Both the position numbers and the translations under genes were made by a program. A model generated the notes under the pieces. It was not told where the DNA came from. It saw only the letters and a program-made list of their open reading frames with translations, and ran no database searches. DNA of 64,000 bases, taken from the NCBI GenBank assembly GCA_944392815.1, contig CALXXY010000002.1, positions 152,257 through 216,256 of the forward strand. Reading direction: 5' to 3'. Below are positions 29,106 through 41,221 of this stretch, in pieces. The stretch comes from an uncultured Alphaproteobacteria bacterium (GTDB lineage: Bacteria; Pseudomonadota; Alphaproteobacteria; Rs-D84). Every line of letters begins with the position of its first letter. Position 1 is the stretch's first letter.

Positions 29106-30060
29106 ATTCTGACTCTTTTGTAGACAACAATGACTCGTTCGCTATATTACGACATTCTGGGATATAATTAGTTATCAAAACTTCTCGGGTTGCGGTTTTA
29201 TCACGTATCTTTAAATGATAATTTGAATTCGAATAATCCATATCTATCTCTGTCACACAATAATCAGAATGCAACATCAGCCAATTCATTAAAATCTCAT
29301 TGACTCTACCTTTGTGCATTAAAACATTCGACAAAGCAAACCTAACACCTTTTCTTGTCAAATTATCCAATAAATTTAATAATTTTAATTCTTCCGACTC
29401 ATTCCAACCCTTGAACCCACGTTTACCATCGTTATACGTGCCAGTCGTTATAAGATACGGCGGATCTGCATACACAAAATCACTTGTCCCCAGGCCGGAC
29501 ACATCGAATACAGCAAAATCTTTATCACTAAACTCTATATCAATTTTGTGCAACCTGTCTATAAACGCCAGTAAATTTTTTTCCATACATGGATTATAAG
29601 CACTTCTATTTTTGCCAAATGGATTATTAAATTCATGCGAATTATTAAATCTGATTTGATGATTAAATGAATATGCTACTAAAACAAATAAGTCCAACGG
29701 ATTTTTATATTTATTATATAATAATCTTAATTCGTTATATCCGGACACATTGGTCAAAGACAAATCAAATTCCGATATTCTGCCATATATATGATTTAAA
29801 ACATCTTGTTGTGATAATTTTTTTAAAACACTATACAGATCAACAAGATACGTTAAATTATCATTTAATATAATTTTCCCAGCGGAAACATTTACCCCAA
29901 CATTTCCACCGCCCGCAAATAAATCAACAAAACAATTTATGTTATCCGGAAACAACGGCACCAATTGGGGTAACAGTTTATATTTACCACCTATGTAGTT
30001 CAATGGTGACTTTACAAAAACATCTGCTGTTCTACTCACTTCCTGCCGCCGCTGTTTCAA
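29071..30060 (-). CDS. Dam-family (D12) N6-adenine DNA methyltransferase
   Basis: KSPLNYIGGKYKLLPQL, DLFAGGGNV, FVYADPPY, FALSN, EVLITNY; start codon uncertain. Confidence 0.93.
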   Translation of the reverse strand: MKQRRQEVSRTADVFVKSPLNYIGGKYKLLPQLVPLFPDNINCFVDLFAGGGNVGVNVSAGKIILNDNLTYLVDLYSVLKKLSQQDVLNHIYGRISEFDLSLTNVSGYNELRLLYNKYKNPLDLFVLVAYSFNHQIRFNNSHEFNNPFGKNRSAYNPCMEKNLLAFIDRLHKIDIEFSDKDFAVFDVSGLGTSDFVYADPPYLITTGTYNDGKRGFKGWNESEELKLLNLLDNLTRKGVRFALSNVLMHKGRVNEILMNWLMLHSDYCVTEIDMDYSNSNYHLKIRDKTATREVLITNYIPECRNIANESLLSTKESEYEVYRKQRKFA

Positions 30061-31432
30061 TTGCTTTTTTGATTAAACTTGGGGGATTTGGCCCCAAAAT
30101 CAAATCTCCATTTTCATTTAACAAAAATCCGACATCCAGTTCAACAACTTTCGTATTATTACTTCCATATAAAACAACCGTCCTGACTGTTTGAATCCCA
30201 GGATAATATTTATTAACATACTCTTCATCAAACGCATCATACAGTTTTATTTGATTCACCCCATTGATTCTTTTGGAATATTTTTTTCCTTCTATTTCAA
30301 CAATAAACCCAGATTGCACATCAAACATAACCAAATCAGGAATATGTATAATTTTTGCTTTATTTCCTGACTTATATTCTACCCTGTTTTCATATTTTTG
30401 CAATGGAACAGGCCCGTCATTTGGGGTCAAAAAATACCCTTTTTCACACCCAGCATGATTTTCAAAAATTAATTTACCATTTGCATAATTTTCAATAGCT
30501 AAATGTAAAAATATCGTTGCCAGTTTTTCACCACTATTCTCATAATGCCAGTATTCTTTTTCTATATCTGCCTTTGGTACATCAATCCCATCTAGTTTAA
30601 TATTTAACTTATTCGCTATTTGAACAAATTTATTGTTTTTACCCACATGTTTTTGTTCCAAACCATGTTTTGTTATAATAATATCTTTATCCCAACCTAA
30701 TTTCCGTAACACGCACGAAATAGCTGACAGTGCCCCTATATTCGGATCATGCGCTAAACTACCATTTTTATATAATCTGCCGGAAATTTCTATTCGGTCA
30801 TCTTTTTTTGTAATACTAATTGGTACATTAGTCACAGGCGCATTTCTCATACACGATTTAAAATCTATTAATTCGTCTACAGAACTAAATGGAGCATATC
30901 GTTCTTTAATTATTTTTTCATCTACTACCTGTATATCTACACCCATAGTCAGCAATAATCGTGTTCCAAATATATTCGTTTGTGTTGGTTTCTTTGACGG
31001 CGTTATCTGTAAATTGTACAGCATAATTTTACGAATACCTGGATACACATAATTTATATATACAAATTTTGTACACCTTTGATATATAGCAGTATTACGA
31101 CTTTCACTATCATCTGTTTTGGTTTCTTCTATCGCACATACAGGTATATCATCTAATTTTGGTTCTGTATCCTGATAAAATACTAAAAAATCAACAAAAC
31201 TAGATTTTCCAGATACAATTTTAATAAATACGTCACTTACCACACAATTTGTAAAGCCAACCAATGTGTATACAAATGTAAATTTACCGTCTTTTAATAT
31301 CGGGACTATTCTTGTATCTTTATTAAAAACAGTATCACCACAAACACCTTGTAATATTTTACATACCACAGCCACCTTTGGCCTTTCTTCGGTCAATATC
31401 CAAACACAAGATTTCTTATACGCTTTACACAT
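30032..31432 (-). CDS. Putative type II(S) restriction endonuclease
   Basis: First gene of the MTase operon; two candidate PD-(D/E)xK sites (VDFL...IEETK and IPDL...EIEGKK). Confidence 0.65.
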   Translation of the reverse strand: MCKAYKKSCVWILTEERPKVAVVCKILQGVCGDTVFNKDTRIVPILKDGKFTFVYTLVGFTNCVVSDVFIKIVSGKSSFVDFLVFYQDTEPKLDDIPVCAIEETKTDDSESRNTAIYQRCTKFVYINYVYPGIRKIMLYNLQITPSKKPTQTNIFGTRLLLTMGVDIQVVDEKIIKERYAPFSSVDELIDFKSCMRNAPVTNVPISITKKDDRIEISGRLYKNGSLAHDPNIGALSAISCVLRKLGWDKDIIITKHGLEQKHVGKNNKFVQIANKLNIKLDGIDVPKADIEKEYWHYENSGEKLATIFLHLAIENYANGKLIFENHAGCEKGYFLTPNDGPVPLQKYENRVEYKSGNKAKIIHIPDLVMFDVQSGFIVEIEGKKYSKRINGVNQIKLYDAFDEEYVNKYYPGIQTVRTVVLYGSNNTKVVELDVGFLLNENGDLILGPNPPSLIKKAIETAAAGSE

Positions 31433-31532
31433 GCCGTTTCCTCTTCAAAAATATTATAACATTCTTCAATACTCATAACACATACAAGTAAAAACAACCA
31501 AGCATAAATTTATAACGCCACACTCTATCATC

Positions 31533-31976
31533 ATGCAACAAATTCAAAAATTAAATGAGCAAAAATCTAAGATGGAGTTGGAATGCAGCATTGAAAAAAA
31601 AGATGATATGCCATTTGACCAGGCACTAGCTACAGTATTGTACTTCGTCACCGACCTTGCTGGTATATGGTCAAAGGCAACTCTACAAGAAAAAAGAACC
31701 ATTTTATCAATAGTTTTTACAGATAATTTATATTATTCAAAAGATAACAAGTTCCAAAATCCGCCAATTTCACCAATATTTCAAATATCAGATGAACTTA
31801 AACATTCAATCACAAACATAACCGAAATATATAATTTTTCAGACAAAGTCCCAGATCGTGAAAAAAATGACAAAATAAAAGATGAAAAAAATACAAAATC
31901 TGGGACTGGCTGTGACCCGCACAAATCAAATGATTTTATAACAAAAATGGGGGTAAACAATCATCTGGTGCCCTAA
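31533..31976 (+). pseudogene. Probable C-terminal remnant of an integrase/large serine recombinase
   Basis: Coiled coil followed by W..A...EKR.IL..VF...L.Y pattern; the ORF runs into the tRNA-Thr 3' end and has no catalytic N-terminus. Confidence 0.5.
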
Positions 31977-32039
31977 GCAAGAATCGGACTTGCGACTCGT
32001 CCTTACCAAGGACGTGTTTTACCACTAGACTATTAGGGC
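31966..32039 (-). tRNA. tRNA-Thr(GGT)
   Basis: Reverse complement GCCCTAA...CGTCC-TTGGTAA-GGACG...GCAAG-TCCGATT-CTTGC-TTAGGGC-ACCA. Confidence 0.93.
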
Positions 32040-32131
32040 AATCGTCACCCGCCAATTATAAATGCCCCACGCCAAAAATCAAGGATAAAAAACACCCCGC
32101 ACAACGCGGGGCGATTCAACAGACACCAAAA

Positions 32132-32707
32132 CTATTCAATACAGCAATTAACTGCGTTTTTTACCCAATTTTTTAACTTGGACATTTTGCCGGCCCCGGC
32201 CACATCAACCGACGCGTCCGCCACTTTTTCAGTTGCACGCGGCATGGCTGTGGCTGCGGCTTTATTTTTTGTTTTAACCCATTTCACATCGGTCCCGCCG
32301 TTAATCATGCCCATATTCAAACCCCAAAATATACAATACAGCCCATACGACCGGTCAAACAAATCGTACGCACCGTCTTTGTCCCCCGCGGCCAGGGCCT
32401 TGGTACCGACCTCGAATAAACGCATAGACGCGGCCAACAAATGTTTTGAAATGCACCAAACTTCACCCTCGTACGAAGGAATAATTTTTTGCATCATTTG
32501 TTTGCGTTGTTCGCGCACTTCGTCAATCAAATCATAAAATTCATGTTTGCCGGTTTTCGCCCCAGAAAACATCAAATGTTCTTCGATTGAAATCAGATTC
32601 ATAATCCCAATAGTCAAATCCTGGTCAGACGATAAATCTTTGGGATTTACTTTTTTCGCAGCGTCCAATTTTTCCACAAATTCTTTTACATTTTTTATTT
32701 TTTCCAT
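32132..32707 (-). CDS. Conserved hypothetical helical protein ending in CCxE
   Basis: MNLISIEEHL, WCISKHLL, terminal VNCCIE; SD GGGGGA. Confidence 0.75.
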   Translation of the reverse strand: MEKIKNVKEFVEKLDAAKKVNPKDLSSDQDLTIGIMNLISIEEHLMFSGAKTGKHEFYDLIDEVREQRKQMMQKIIPSYEGEVWCISKHLLAASMRLFEVGTKALAAGDKDGAYDLFDRSYGLYCIFWGLNMGMINGGTDVKWVKTKNKAAATAMPRATEKVADASVDVAGAGKMSKLKNWVKNAVNCCIE

Positions 32708-32728
32708 GTGCTGTCCCCCTTTTTTATT

Positions 32729-33238
32729 TTAATAACAAAAACAAATCAGCCAACTGCACAACGCCAACGCCACCACAGGCAACACCACGCGTTCAAACGG
32801 GAAATGTGCATGTCCACCGTTTTTGAGTTTCATAAACTCATACAGTTTTTCAACCAATATAAACACCACCATACCAACCAAAGCGCCAAATATTATCGGA
32901 TCCAGATATAACACATTCCAAATCCACACAGGGCTGTAATCCAAATCACCCACATACGCAAATCCAATCATCGCAACCGACAGCCCAATCAGCAACGCAT
33001 TACGCCCCGGAAAATTCCACCCCCGCGAATCACAAAATTTGGCCGCCCAATATCCCAACAGTGTCAACAAAGCCCCGGCCCAAATTCCAACCACAGCCGT
33101 CGGCACCCCCAATTGTTCTGCGACCCCAACGCCCGCCCCAATTGCAATCGTACATATCGGACACGCCGGATTCGCCACCGCAGCCCCCGGCACAACGGTC
33201 AAACACACACCCAACAATTTACGCAAAAACGATTTCAT
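32729..33238 (-). CDS. Integral membrane protein with an N-terminal CxxC motif
   Basis: Signal-like N-terminus, then NPACPICT, several TM segments and AHFPFERV. Confidence 0.75.
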   Translation of the reverse strand: MKSFLRKLLGVCLTVVPGAAVANPACPICTIAIGAGVGVAEQLGVPTAVVGIWAGALLTLLGYWAAKFCDSRGWNFPGRNALLIGLSVAMIGFAYVGDLDYSPVWIWNVLYLDPIIFGALVGMVVFILVEKLYEFMKLKNGGHAHFPFERVVLPVVALALCSWLICFCY

Positions 33239-33368
33239 ATTACAATACCCCCTTTCCTGTATATTAAAAATATAATACATATGAATTTCAATATATATTA
33301 TTTATGATACATATCAAAAAGTCAAATAATTTATTTACGAAATAAAAAAATCGTGTTATATTAACAAT

Positions 33369-34037
33369 ATGTCAAACACAGTTTTACCAGACGTAAAAAT
33401 CAAAAACATATTACCCCGCGAAATAATGGAACGCGCGACACGTGGCCTGACATATATCGCGCACCCATTGCGCCTGCGCATATTGGAATTTTTGGACGTA
33501 TACGGCATGTCATCGGTATCCGCAATCGCGCGCGGTGTCGACGCAGAACAAATGATTGTATCCCAATCGCTGCGAAAAATGCGCGATGCAAATCTGGTAC
33601 AAACCCACAGACGCGGCATATTTGTATACTATGAAATTTGTCGTGATTACCCCGCGAGTATATTTGTATGCATGCGCAAACTGTTCGGCCACATGACCGA
33701 CCAGTTGAAATTTTTACGCGCCACACACAAAGAAATTCTGCCCACAGATTACACAACCATGGTCGCCAACAGGATAAAATTATTTGCAAATTTTGATAAA
33801 ATGCGCATATTGGAATACCTGACATATAACGGCGAATCATGTGTATCAGAAATCGTGTCTGGCACCCAGATTCCACAAATCAAAGTATCCCAGTATTTAA
33901 AAAAATTATTGGACGACGATTTTGTAAAATCCCGTCGTGACGGCAGACATGTGTATTACGACATAACCCCTGGGGTACACAAAACAACAATCGGCTGTAT
34001 ACATAAACGTTATGACAACGTCGGCCCGGCGTTTTAA
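33369..34037 (+). CDS. Tandem (double) ArsR/SmtB-family regulator
   Basis: Two repeats: AHPLRLRILE..VSAI..VSQSL..R.G.FVYY and ANFDKMRILE..CVSEI..VSQYL..RDGRHVYY. Confidence 0.85.
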   Translation: MSNTVLPDVKIKNILPREIMERATRGLTYIAHPLRLRILEFLDVYGMSSVSAIARGVDAEQMIVSQSLRKMRDANLVQTHRRGIFVYYEICRDYPASIFVCMRKLFGHMTDQLKFLRATHKEILPTDYTTMVANRIKLFANFDKMRILEYLTYNGESCVSEIVSGTQIPQIKVSQYLKKLLDDDFVKSRRDGRHVYYDITPGVHKTTIGCIHKRYDNVGPAF

Positions 34038-35005
34038 TCATTCGCCCGTTTTATGCGACATATTGGAATTATCCCAAACAGATAGCATTTAATATCGTTT
34101 TGTCGCATTTTAATTTTCATAACATTTATGCAATTAAGCACCTTGACATATTTTACAACCACATCAGGCATCTGTCTGATACGCGCCAAAAACGCGGCAT
34201 AAAACGGTGTCATTGCACAATACCGCCACCAAACATCGCCGCATAAATTCGCACGCCCCAACCAAGGTTGACGTAAAATATAATGAATTATTACCGGATT
34301 TTTTGTCGCGTCCATAAATTCAGATTCCGAATAAATCCCCTGTGCCACGGCAGGTTGCAACCAATTACCCGCCCCAGGCATATAATTAAACTTTAACGGC
34401 AAATACAAAATTCGCCCATCACAGGTTTTATTCAAAATATCCTGATCAGGATACATAAATTGATCACATTTTGATAATTCAATCCATTTTTCATATAATC
34501 CCAACCGACGGATTTTATCCAAATCCATAACCAGCACACCACTGTTTATATACCCGTTTTTCTGGCTGGGCCACGCGCGTCCCTGTGACGCATCACGTAC
34601 CCCGGCTATGACATTATCGCCCATATCACAATTATACAATTCGTCCAAACAATCATTAAAAGCGACATCGACATCAGCATAAATAATACGTTTTATTTTC
34701 GGCAACATTTTTGCCAACATAAAACGATAATAAATCCCAACCGTATATTGATGTGTCACAGAATCATCAAAATCATTGTTTGCGTTTAAAAAACTGATTT
34801 TGCTGTTCGGGTCTATATTGGCAACGACACTGGTTAATTCGCGACGTTTTGACCCACCAAAATCAGACGGTACAACACAATAAATATCATAAGCACACAC
34901 GCCCCGACCATGATACAACAACGAAGTAATTGCCACCCCAGCGTGCGTCCACATATTATTATCGAAACAAAATGCTATTGAAATTTTTTTATTCGTCATG
35001 TTCAC
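34034..35005 (-). CDS. Glycosyltransferase family 8
   Basis: IAFCFDNN, YYRFML, IIYADVD, YINSGV, PDQDILN, IIHY...PW. Confidence 0.92.
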   Translation of the reverse strand: MNMTNKKISIAFCFDNNMWTHAGVAITSLLYHGRGVCAYDIYCVVPSDFGGSKRRELTSVVANIDPNSKISFLNANNDFDDSVTHQYTVGIYYRFMLAKMLPKIKRIIYADVDVAFNDCLDELYNCDMGDNVIAGVRDASQGRAWPSQKNGYINSGVLVMDLDKIRRLGLYEKWIELSKCDQFMYPDQDILNKTCDGRILYLPLKFNYMPGAGNWLQPAVAQGIYSESEFMDATKNPVIIHYILRQPWLGRANLCGDVWWRYCAMTPFYAAFLARIRQMPDVVVKYVKVLNCINVMKIKMRQNDIKCYLFGIIPICRIKRAND

Positions 35006-35082
35006 CTGCCAAATGAATTATAAATACACAAAACATCAAATACAATAAAAAACAAAATCGGGTTCGCACCCGATTTGATTTT

Positions 35083-35159
35083 TGGTAGCGGGAGAGGGAC
35101 TTGAACCCCCGACACGCGGATTATGATTCCGCTGCTCTAACCGGCTGAGCTATCCCGCC
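35083..35159 (-). tRNA. tRNA-Met(CAT), elongator type
   Basis: Reverse complement GGCGGGATAGCTCAG...GCGGA-ATCATAA-TCCGC...GGTTCAAGTCC...CCGCT-ACCA. Confidence 0.92.
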
Positions 35160-35295
35160 AATGCCCCGCATTATATCAAACAATTTCGCAATTGCAAGTA
35201 AAACAATCCTGTATGAATTTATTCATGTAAAAAATCATTATATTTTTTAATAAATTGTTGTTGCAAAAAATTTCTATATAGTATATATTTCGCGT

Positions 35296-35856
35296 ATGAA
35301 AAAAATCGCTGTTTCTTTCTTTACGTTGATTTTCGCCACATACGGGGCAATGGCCGACACAAATCCATTCATGGGCGAATATAAAAATCAAATCGCACTG
35401 AACATCGGCGCGGGCGTAAACAGCGGTTTTATTATTCCGCCACCAACCCAATTTGTACCATTTGTACTGTTGCATGTGCAATATTCGCAACCAACCACTT
35501 TTTTCAAAGTGCCCGCCCGTCAATCGATTAATATCGGTCAAACATTGGGATTCGGCAGTAAATATGGTTGGGATTGGGATAAATTTACAATCCCTATGAT
35601 TTTTTTATCCGAAGATATCGCCCTGGCCCATGGTGACAATTGGTACGTTTCCGTCGGTCCCGGCGTCGGTCTGCAGGCACAGCAAAACGAACGTCTGGGC
35701 GCAAAATTATTGTTTCAATTTAAAATAATCGGTGGATACAGAATAAATGACCACTGGGGCGTGGAATTATTTGTCCAGCATTTTTCCAACGCCAACACTG
35801 CACGCGAAAATTATTCATACGCATTTTACGGCGTCGGATTCACGTATAGTTTCTAA
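35296..35856 (+). CDS. Outer-membrane beta-barrel, PagL-like lipid A deacylase / acyloxyacyl hydrolase family
   Basis: Signal peptide, alternating beta pattern, catalytic-like QHFSNA...N, C-terminal aromatic YSF. Confidence 0.7.
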   Translation: MKKIAVSFFTLIFATYGAMADTNPFMGEYKNQIALNIGAGVNSGFIIPPPTQFVPFVLLHVQYSQPTTFFKVPARQSINIGQTLGFGSKYGWDWDKFTIPMIFLSEDIALAHGDNWYVSVGPGVGLQAQQNERLGAKLLFQFKIIGGYRINDHWGVELFVQHFSNANTARENYSYAFYGVGFTYSF

Positions 35857-35860
35857 CCCG

Positions 35861-36523
35861 TCACCATTCAATTGGTGTCTTGTCATGCGCGATTAAATAT
35901 TCATTTGCGCGCGAAAAATGATGATTTCCAAAAAATCCACGACTGGCCGACAGTGGCGACGGGTGAACACTTTTCAAAATTAAATTTTTATCCGGGTCAA
36001 CAAATTCTGCCTTGCGTTGGGCATAACTGCCCCACAGCATATACACAATATTTTCACGCGCTGCAACCGTGCGTATAACCGCATCAGTAAACTGTTCCCA
36101 CCCGCGTCCAACATGCGACGCCGCCCTGTGCGCAGCCACAGTCAAAGTAGAATTCAATAACAACACACCCTGCTGGGCCCAACTAGTTAAATCACCATGC
36201 GTCACCGACGGCCGCCCCAAATCATTTTGAATTTCTTTGTAAATATTCACCAAAGACGGCGGAATCGGCGTTGGCGGCAACACAGAAAAACACAGTCCAT
36301 GTGCCTGCCCTGGTTCGTGATACGGATCCTGGCCGATAATGACAACCTTTACATTATCCAACGGACACAGATTAAACGCATTGAAAATATTCCCAGGCAC
36401 CGGATACACCGCATGCCCAGCCAAATATTCGCCCCGTACAAAATCAGTCAGTTTAATAAAATAATCTTTGTCGAATTCGGACGCCAACGCATCTTTCCAT
36501 GTCTGTTCAATCTTTACATTCAT
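35861..36523 (-). CDS. ung: Uracil-DNA glycosylase (family 1)
   Basis: GQDPYH, GLCFSV, PPSLVNI, GVLLLN, LWG, HPSPLS. Confidence 0.97.
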   Translation of the reverse strand: MNVKIEQTWKDALASEFDKDYFIKLTDFVRGEYLAGHAVYPVPGNIFNAFNLCPLDNVKVVIIGQDPYHEPGQAHGLCFSVLPPTPIPPSLVNIYKEIQNDLGRPSVTHGDLTSWAQQGVLLLNSTLTVAAHRAASHVGRGWEQFTDAVIRTVAARENIVYMLWGSYAQRKAEFVDPDKNLILKSVHPSPLSASRGFFGNHHFSRANEYLIAHDKTPIEW

Positions 36524-37175
36524 ATTTTAATTCCTTTATCAAACCAACCTGTGAACTTTTCCACAAAACGACATCAATATACCCACGTGGTAATCCTGTT
36601 CGCGCACACAAATCATCAAACATCGCATCACATGCGCATTTTATATCGGGGCATAATTTTTTATTATCTATTTTCGCGCTTAATGCCGGATTTCGTGCAT
36701 ACAGCGCGCCCAGACGTTGAATCCAAATATCATATTTCACAACATTTTCACCCAAATTGCGTGCCAGATGATTTGCTGTAATTTTTCCAATATGCGGCAA
36801 TTGCGATAAAAAATCCACCCGCGCCTCTGTTGTTTCCAACGCATAATATTGCCGCGTCAAATCATCGCGATTATCCCAAATTTTACACAGGGCACTGATT
36901 TTGTTTTTATTATGAAATAACGCAAACAGCCCATCAAAATCCGCGCCATACGTGCGCAGAAAATCCATAATTTGCGCATGAATTTTTTTTGCCGTTTTTT
37001 GAGAAAACCCACCCGCCAAAATCACATATACGCAATTTTCAGCAAACTCGTCGGGCGATAAAATACGCCGATTGGATAAATTCGCGCGAATTTCATCAAA
37101 CGATTGCGCATCGGAATCCAATCCCATTTCGCGCAACCGTTTATCCAGCGCAAAAAACCAATCGGCATCAAACAT
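36507..37175 (-). CDS. Hypothetical HhH-GPD-like DNA glycosylase
   Basis: YVILAGGFS, HhH motif LSQLPHIGKITANHL, VKYDIWIQRL, DVVLW. Confidence 0.55.
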   Translation of the reverse strand: MFDADWFFALDKRLREMGLDSDAQSFDEIRANLSNRRILSPDEFAENCVYVILAGGFSQKTAKKIHAQIMDFLRTYGADFDGLFALFHNKNKISALCKIWDNRDDLTRQYYALETTEARVDFLSQLPHIGKITANHLARNLGENVVKYDIWIQRLGALYARNPALSAKIDNKKLCPDIKCACDAMFDDLCARTGLPRGYIDVVLWKSSQVGLIKELKYECKD

Positions 37176-37180
37176 ATATA

Positions 37181-40126
<2,946 letters not shown>

Positions 40127-40130
40127 TACC

Positions 40131-40700
40131 ATGAGATTTAAATTATTATATTTCGGCGATATTCTGATTAATCCGAAAAAACGGTCACAGCATATATCTG
40201 ATATCCGTATGCAGTTCCACCCACAGTTAAAAAAACTGTTGGAACACCAGCCATGGGATAACATGACAAAATACATGATTCCAACCGCCACCAAAAGTCC
40301 CATTACCACACGTCACGTTGGTGGCATTGATTGGAATCCGATTATTACGCCAAATTTAAAATTACTGGCGGAAATCGACATACAAATGATGCACCCTGAA
40401 ATCGTGGGATTACCACACAGTGATATCGACAACCGTGTAAAAACGATACTGGACGGCCTGCGTTGCCCACAAAACGAACACGAAATTGGCGAAAACACAC
40501 CACGTGACCAGGGCCCAATTTACACATTATTGGACGACGACCATTTAATAACCCGCCTGTCCGTTAATACGAGCCACCTGTTATCCACAGAAATGTTCAA
40601 TCCGAACATTGCCCACACATCTGACACGATATTTATGCTGTTGGACGTAAACGTCCGCATCGCCGAAGGCACTCTGGAAAACCTGCCGTTCATGGTATAA
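40131..40700 (+). CDS. Hypothetical protein with RusA-like acidic motif
   Basis: SDIDNRVKTILDGL...LLDDD..I resembles the RusA DxDNxxKxxxDxL...DD pattern. Confidence 0.55.
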   Translation: MRFKLLYFGDILINPKKRSQHISDIRMQFHPQLKKLLEHQPWDNMTKYMIPTATKSPITTRHVGGIDWNPIITPNLKLLAEIDIQMMHPEIVGLPHSDIDNRVKTILDGLRCPQNEHEIGENTPRDQGPIYTLLDDDHLITRLSVNTSHLLSTEMFNPNIAHTSDTIFMLLDVNVRIAEGTLENLPFMV

Positions 40701-40757
40701 AACACCTTTGGTGTTTTATACCAGAGTATAGAGTGAAGAGTATAGAGTGTAGAGTAT
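40693..40757. repeat. Perfect hairpin followed by five AGAGTRW heptads
   Basis: TGGTATAAAACACC-TTT-GGTGTTTTATACCA, then AGAGTAT AGAGTGA AGAGTAT AGAGTGT AGAGTAT. Confidence 0.85.
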
Positions 40758-40763
40758 AAAAAC

Positions 40764-41120
40764 ATGCCAGAAAAAACAGCAAAAGACAAAAGCGAACAAT
40801 TTGCACTGCGTATAATAAACCTGTACAAATATTTAACAAACACAAAACAAGAATTTGTAATATCAAAACAAATATTACGTTCAGGAACCAGTATAGGCGC
40901 CAACTTGGCAGAATCAGCATACGCCATAACCAAAAACGATTTTTTATCAAAAATATATATCGCATTAAAAGAATGCGCAGAAACAACGTATTGGCTGAAA
41001 TTATTAAAAAATTCCAAATATATAACAGAAAAAGATTTTACAAGCATAAATTCCGATTGTTGTGAATTATTAAAAATATTAAATAAAACAACCAAAACGA
41101 TTAAATCACAACTATCTTAA
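40764..41120 (+). CDS. Four-helix-bundle protein (TIGR02436 / 23S rRNA IVP / bAvd-like)
   Basis: KSEQFALRII.LY.YL, SKQILRSGTSIGAN..E, DF..K..IALKE..ET.YWL.LL. Confidence 0.93.
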   Translation: MPEKTAKDKSEQFALRIINLYKYLTNTKQEFVISKQILRSGTSIGANLAESAYAITKNDFLSKIYIALKECAETTYWLKLLKNSKYITEKDFTSINSDCCELLKILNKTTKTIKSQLS

Positions 41121-41155
41121 TAAATAATGCGCACATTTGTGCGCATACATTATCT

Positions 41156-41205
41156 ACACTCTATACTCTACACTCTGTTATAAAACGCCCCTGCGTTTTA
41201 TAACA
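41156..41205. repeat. Three AYACTCT heptads followed by a hairpin (mirror of 40693-40757)
   Basis: ACACTCT ATACTCT ACACTCT, then TGTTATAAAACGC-CCCT-GCGTTTTATAACA. Confidence 0.85.
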
Positions 41206-41221
41206 TAACTCTGCCATGGCA

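Larger units (their letters stand above)
27960..31965. mobile_element. AT-rich restriction-modification island at the tRNA-Thr 3' end
   Basis: Abrupt drop in GC and changed codon style; two MTases, a putative REase and a recombinase-tail remnant abutting the tRNA CCA. The left boundary is approximate and no att duplication was found. Confidence 0.75.

Noticed and set aside
40723-40757. CRISPR array or DGR suggested by short repeats and an Avd-like gene
   Set aside because: Repeats are 7-mers without spacers; no cas genes, reverse transcriptase or TR/VR pair seen in the window.
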